The translations under genes and the position numbers were made by a program. DNA of 35,904 nt from a virus. Its lineage: Duplodnaviria; Caudoviricetes. Position 1 is the first letter of the stretch. Each line of letters begins with the position of its first letter. Where the stretch lies: positions 1 to 35,904 of IMG/VR virus record IMGVR_UViG_3300032250_000105, one strand, 5' to 3'. Under the pieces are notes generated by a model that saw only the letters and a list, made by a program, of their open reading frames with translations, searched no databases and had not been told where the DNA came from. Below, in pieces: positions 34,264 through 35,904 of the stretch.

Positions 34264-35616
34264 ATGATTTCAACAAAACTACAACCCCAAGCCCGAGAAA
34301 TGGAGGTAGCATTATTAGGCTCGTTACTCTTAGTAGACAAGTACGACGAGGTAGCAGACATAATAACCGCCGATAGCTTTTACTTAGACGCACACAAGCG
34401 TATATTTTTTGCAATGGAAACCCTAGCCAAGGGTAACCAACCAATAGACCTACTTACGGTAGTAGAAGAGTTACGCAGAAATGGCGACCTAGAAAAGATA
34501 GGCGGCCCTTACGAGATAACCAAACTAACTAACAACGTCGTAGTAGGCCCTAATATCGTTTTATATGCCCGTAAAATAGCCGAAAAATACATACTAAGGG
34601 AATTAATCAGATTAAGCACCGAAACGATTAGCGAGGCTTTAAATGATGAATTAGACGTTTTTGATATTTTAGACAATGTAGAGAAAGGCGTAGCCAATAT
34701 AGCCAATAGTAACGTTAAGGGCGAAATGACGCCAATACATAACGTACTTAACCAAGCCATAAACAAAATACAAGAGTGGCGCAAAAACGACGGAACGTTA
34801 ACGGGAATACCTACGGGCTTTTCTGAGTTAGACCGTGCTACGCGTGGGTGGCAAAATGGCGACCTAATAATAATAGCCGCTAGACCTAGTGGTGGTAAGA
34901 CCGCTTTAGCTTTAAACCTTATTCGTAACGCAGCCATAAACGCTAACGTAACCGTAGCCGCTTGGTCGTTGGAAATGAAAGCCGTTTACCTAGCTTTGCG
35001 TATGCTAGCCGCCGAGAGCGAGATAATACTACACAAAATACAAACGGGCAGACTTAGCGACGAGGAAATGGCTACAATAATAACTAAAGCCGTTAATACC
35101 TTGTCTAAAGCCTCAATATTTTTTGATGACAGTAATAACGTAAACCTACGTACTTTAAAAGCCAAGGCCCGCAGATTAAAAAAGAAAAATAAGCTAGGTT
35201 TAATAGTTATAGATTACTTACAGTTAATGCAAGGCGAGGCAAAGGGAAACCGAGAGCAAGAGATAAGCACCATTAGCCGAGAGTTAAAAAACCTAGCCCA
35301 AGAGTTAGACTTACCCGTAATAGCTTTAAGCCAATTAAGCCGCGAGGGTGTCAAGGGTGTTAGTTGGGAGGTAGGCCCGCCCGCCTCAGCGCTTAGAGAA
35401 AGCGGGGCAATAGAGCAAGACGCCGACTTAATACTAATGTTATGGGGGCCAAGTGAGGGCGAAATAGCCCAAGACGCTAGCCTAGAGAATAAACGTAAGA
35501 TTAGAATAGTTAAGCAGCGTAACGGTATGCTACTTACGGTAGAATTAGATTTTAGGAACGAAATACAGTTATTCAGTAAAATTCAACAATACACACCATT
35601 AGACACACACTTTTAA
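34264..35616 (+). CDS. dnaB: Replicative DNA helicase
   Basis: TGIPTGF, AARPSGGKT, SLEM, IVIDYLQLM, ALSQLSR, LRESGAIEQDAD and KQRNG motifs. Confidence 0.96.
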   Translation: MISTKLQPQAREMEVALLGSLLLVDKYDEVADIITADSFYLDAHKRIFFAMETLAKGNQPIDLLTVVEELRRNGDLEKIGGPYEITKLTNNVVVGPNIVLYARKIAEKYILRELIRLSTETISEALNDELDVFDILDNVEKGVANIANSNVKGEMTPIHNVLNQAINKIQEWRKNDGTLTGIPTGFSELDRATRGWQNGDLIIIAARPSGGKTALALNLIRNAAINANVTVAAWSLEMKAVYLALRMLAAESEIILHKIQTGRLSDEEMATIITKAVNTLSKASIFFDDSNNVNLRTLKAKARRLKKKNKLGLIVIDYLQLMQGEAKGNREQEISTISRELKNLAQELDLPVIALSQLSREGVKGVSWEVGPPASALRESGAIEQDADLILMLWGPSEGEIAQDASLENKRKIRIVKQRNGMLLTVELDFRNEIQLFSKIQQYTPLDTHF

Positions 35617-35625
35617 AATTACATT

Positions 35626-35904
35626 ATGACATCAATAGAATGGTTTATCTATGAATTAGAGAAGGTTAATTACCACCCAACTGAAGCAATGGTAATGTAT
35701 GCTAAAAAGTTGCACAAGCAAGAGATAATTAAAGCATTTGATGAAGGTCAAGAGTATGAGTACCAATACCATATTAATAATGCCCCTAAATTTGACTCAG
35801 AAACTTATTATAATGAAACATTTGTAAATAAGCAAAGTAATGATAAATCTGACTTTGAAAAACCTTTTATAGATTTTGCTAAACAATATGTAGAACAATT
35901 AAAA
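35626..35904 (+). CDS. Hypothetical protein spanning the circular junction (103 aa; stop at 154-156)
   Basis: MTSIEWFIYELEK...AKKLHKQEIIKAF...YYNETF reads in frame through the repeat and ends CKGNDSKSKN. Confidence 0.75.
   Translation, partial: MTSIEWFIYELEKVNYHPTEAMVMYAKKLHKQEIIKAFDEGQEYEYQYHINNAPKFDSETYYNETFVNKQSNDKSDFEKPFIDFAKQYVEQLK
35782..35904. repeat. Terminal direct repeat, right copy
   Basis: Identical to bases 1-123. Confidence 0.97.

Noticed and set aside
1018-34937. All minus-strand ORFs in the ORF track
   Set aside because: They are shadows of well-supported + strand genes or low-complexity intergenic DNA, with no recognisable motifs.
1-35904. Stop-codon recoding suggested by abundant TAG trinucleotides
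   Set aside because: Genes are full-length and tightly packed under the standard code; TAG arises out of frame from CTA, GTA and ATA codons.

Overview
This window is an apparently complete, circularly assembled dsDNA tailed-phage genome of about 35,781 bp (bases 1-123 recur exactly at 35782-35904). Essentially all genes are on the + strand. The host is very likely a member of the Bacteroidota, based on TTTG-N19-TAnnTTTG promoters, A-rich start regions without Shine-Dalgarno sequences, and DUF2586, DUF6046 and DUF4373-type proteins. The late region encodes terminase, a Mu-like head and neck (DUF1320 adaptor, DUF935 portal, MuF, ClpP-like protease/scaffold, capsid) and a contractile tail (sheath, tube, frameshifting chaperone, tape measure, baseplate, fibres). 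Lysis genes follow (holins, unimolecular spanin, GH19 endolysin). The early region encodes an SSAP/exonuclease pair, NinG, a replication initiator with internal iterons, a C5 DNA methyltransferase and DnaB. I found no integrase, transposase, CI-like repressor, tRNA or CRISPR array. The most unusual items are: (1) a leader upstream of the initiator with two hairpins whose loops are complementary; (2) three repeated promoter + small-gene + hairpin cassettes, two of which sit between normally linked gene pairs; (3) tandem terminator-bounded U-rich units, one carrying a 13-14 nt complement of the start motif shared by four early genes; (4) a MuF protein with a C-terminal HEXXH peptidase and a candidate immunity gene; (5) a fibre-like protein with a Sec signal peptide; (6) strong avoidance of several short motifs, broken only in a segment at the genome junction; and (7) a methyltransferase with a Gly-to-Arg change in its SAM-binding motif. 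All family assignments come from motif recognition by eye, not database searches.
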